Shown here piece by piece: positions 61,318 to 64,000 of a DNA stretch of 64,000 nt. The stretch lies in the NCBI GenBank assembly GCA_023213395.1, contig CM041465.1:233065741-233129740 (forward strand), given 5' to 3'. The notes below the pieces were generated by a model. That model was not told the origin of the DNA. It ran no database searches and saw only the letters and a list, made by a program, of their open reading frames with translations. This stretch comes from Cycas panzhihuaensis. Its lineage: Eukaryota; Plantae; Cycadophyta. A program made the translations under genes and the position numbers. The first letter of the stretch is position 1; each line of letters opens with the position of its first letter.

Positions 61318-64000
61318 TGAAATGCACTTTATGTGCATTTAGATGTAATTTCAAGTTCATGTTATTAGGCGGAAAAATCCTAACCCTAATGCTCACCCTC
61401 AATAATAAAAGGCAAAATCTCAAGGAGAGAGTAATTATTCATTCTCACATCCAAGCTTGCTCTCATTTCTTGTTTCATCTCTTTTTCATTCTCCATTGCC
61501 ATTGTGTGTATGTGAGTGATTTATTCCCTAGCCCATCCTTCCTTCATGTGGTATCAGAGCTAGAAGGGGATCTATTCACTCCATTCCTCTTGCATGGAGC
61601 CATTTTGCCTCACCTTCACCTTCAATGTGAAGTATTGAGAGTGCATTCATCATTTTTTAATATTTTGAGAGCTCAAAATTATAGTAATTTATATGTTGTT
61701 GCTTTCTATATGTATGCAGAAATTTAGAGGTGAAGAACACAGGTTTTTTAACCCGTTCAGTTGCCGGAACAGTCCCGGAAGCATTAAAGGCCCAAAATTT
61801 CATAAAAAAATTTGACCATCTCAAAATTTGATGAAATTTGGCATGAAAGGTAACCTTGACTAGAGGATCATTTCTATCTTCTGGAGAAACTTCAGATTCA
61901 GCCTGAAACAACGAGTTTTGACTATGACAAAAAGGTAAAATTTACGGATAAGTGATTTAAGGCACTTTTCCCAATGAAATCCTTTAATTATTAGCTAAAA
62001 ATATGAATGTTTTATTAAGGGATTTGATAGATTTATGTTTTAGGATCCGTTTAAGATAAATCACATCAAATTTCATCCACTAGTTAGTGAGATCTATGCA
62101 GTTTTCTCACAGTTGTTGATTTTGCCTACTCAACCCCACAAAGGACATTGCAAGGGCATTTCAGGTAGTTTTTTGGTATATTTTGGAGATGGTGAAGAAG
62201 GTAAAGTTAATGTATGTATCAAAATACAACTTTTGACATATTTAAGTTCAGATTCTGAGACAGTGGATCTGGCAAGATTTTACTTTTGTGCTTTTTCAGG
62301 CAAAACATTTTTTGTGCCTTTTTAGAAATCTGACTTCATAACTCAATCAGAAATAATATTCTGAACACTTTTTCCTTCTATCATAAATTCATATTTTATC
62401 ATTTAGGCCTTCATAGTTGTAATTTTAAGAAAAACTTATCTATTTATTATTATTTATAAATTTTGTGAAAAAATCACAAAATAGGGCAAAATAGCATGCA
62501 TATAGATTTTTAAAAATCAGCATTTTAGCGGAAAGTTGATCCGCTTTTTATCCCATTGTGGCTTTTGTATCAAAACTTGCAAAAACATATTTGGAAACAT
62601 TGTACTAAAGCAAGGGAAACTTTATATCGGAAGCAACATCTGGTTCCCCTGCTAAATCTAACATGCTTTTTCTATTTGCACACATAGCATAAAGCATTAC
62701 AAAAGCAGCAACAAAACCAAAACAAGCAAGCACATTTGGCAACTTTCCATTTCAGTTTTCAGTTATATGGAAACATCTTACATTATTCCTAAAAGGAATC
62801 TCATCTGTATGATCTATACTGCCAGTTCTTAACTTATGCACACACTCACCTTGGTTGAAATAGACCAAGGTTGGCAGAAGTCCAGGCCCTAAGGGAGCTG
62901 TGAGTTTCATACTAGGTCTAGTCTTAACCGAAATAGTGATGGAGGGATAGGTTAGCCATACCTACAACCTCCAATCAGGGATAGTCTTAATAACCACCTG
63001 GGAAAACTGAAAACTTTAATGCAAGATTAAAATTAACCCGGTCCAATATCCATCATAGCCGTGGGATACACAGTACCGTTTGACTCTTCGGAGGAAGTAT
63101 ATAGCTGCTCACTAGTGAACTGCGTGAGGACTAGGAGTACCTAAGCTCCACTATGACTTAGATTTCATCACCAAGCGCAGATGCAGGTATCGCGGGTAAA
63201 GGCCCTAATCGTATACTAGAAGCCTTAGGCATCGAAACCTCACCTACATTTGGACGTAAGTGAGAGGTTAGTGGCATGACATATCACCACTATTTGCCAA
63301 CTCTACATTAGGCCTCATTCTTGCATCATTACTTACACTCATTTTTCATATTTGTTGAAAATACTTAATCATTGCTTGCTTCTCATCATAGCATTCATTT
63401 CTACATCCCCGCTGCGCCAGGTGTATTAGCCACACGTGTAAGTGGCACATACTTCTATCATCTCTTCTACTTCTTCATCATCAACATGTCATCTCAATTC
63501 AAGTAGAATGTTAACTGCATATTAAAAGGCAAAGAAAATTGGGATCTATGGTTTACTCGAGTTAAAAATGCTATAAAGTATGAAGGCCTTTGGAGAACCC
63601 ATTTACAGCCTACACCTAGCATACCAGTAATAGCTACAACATCCGCTTCTAGTGGATCCACCCCACCAGCTCACAGAGATGTTGCAACCAAACTACAATG
63701 GGAGATAGATGATGAAAAGATTAGATGCGTAAATTACATTGGTTACTGATCACTCCTTGCACAACTTGATTAATGAAGAGTAACATGATACAGCCTGGAA
63801 GGTCTTTGAAGTTCTCAAGAAGAACTTTGATACCAAATCAGATTTAGAATTTGTTTATCTTGTTCTAAAAATGAACAAATTAAAAATGCAGAAGGGACAA
63901 GTTCATGAGACAATAAATCTCCTTTGACCAATCAAACAGGCAATTGATAAAGATTTTAAGACCCACTGTATCACTTGGACATTCTTGATCCAGTCTTGTC
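61318..64000 (+). mobile_element. 5' end of another Copia: LTR ~61318-61546, PBS 61549-61560, ~1.9-kb leader, gag relic from 63486
   Basis: TGAA...TTCA then tg-tggtatcagagc. Gag LKGKENWDLWFTRVKNAIKYEGLW...WEIDDEK...AWKVFEVLKKNF. Confidence 0.8.

Overview
Eukaryotic plant nuclear DNA, probably from a large-genome gymnosperm (inferred from TE load and intron style). One intact host gene is present: the 3' part of a Sen1/senataxin-like SF1 helicase (+ strand, about 10 exons, 31384 to ~40074). Its first visible exon starts at a splice acceptor, so its 5' exons probably lie left of the window. Positions 1-31 kb are a nested TE stack. A decayed hAT (BED/DUF659-type) transposase is split or flanked by a full-length Copia (8366-16243, TSD CTTCA), a 2.1-kb gag-only Gypsy-type element (16751-18825) and an internally deleted minus-strand Copia (20123-28705, TSD ATGTG). 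That last Copia contains a young Copia (20592-27554) whose internal 6.2 kb is inverted, so its LTRs form a ~545-bp inverted repeat. A stop-riddled terminal exon of an unidentified gene is hidden at 29099-29672. Right of the gene are LTR fragments, a pol-less Tat/Ogre-like Gypsy with an antisense plant-mobile-domain (PMD) ORF between ~2.3-kb direct repeats, a Gypsy gag-protease relic and the 5' end of another Copia. I saw no rRNA, tRNA or CRISPR features. All identities are by-eye estimates, and no database search was run.
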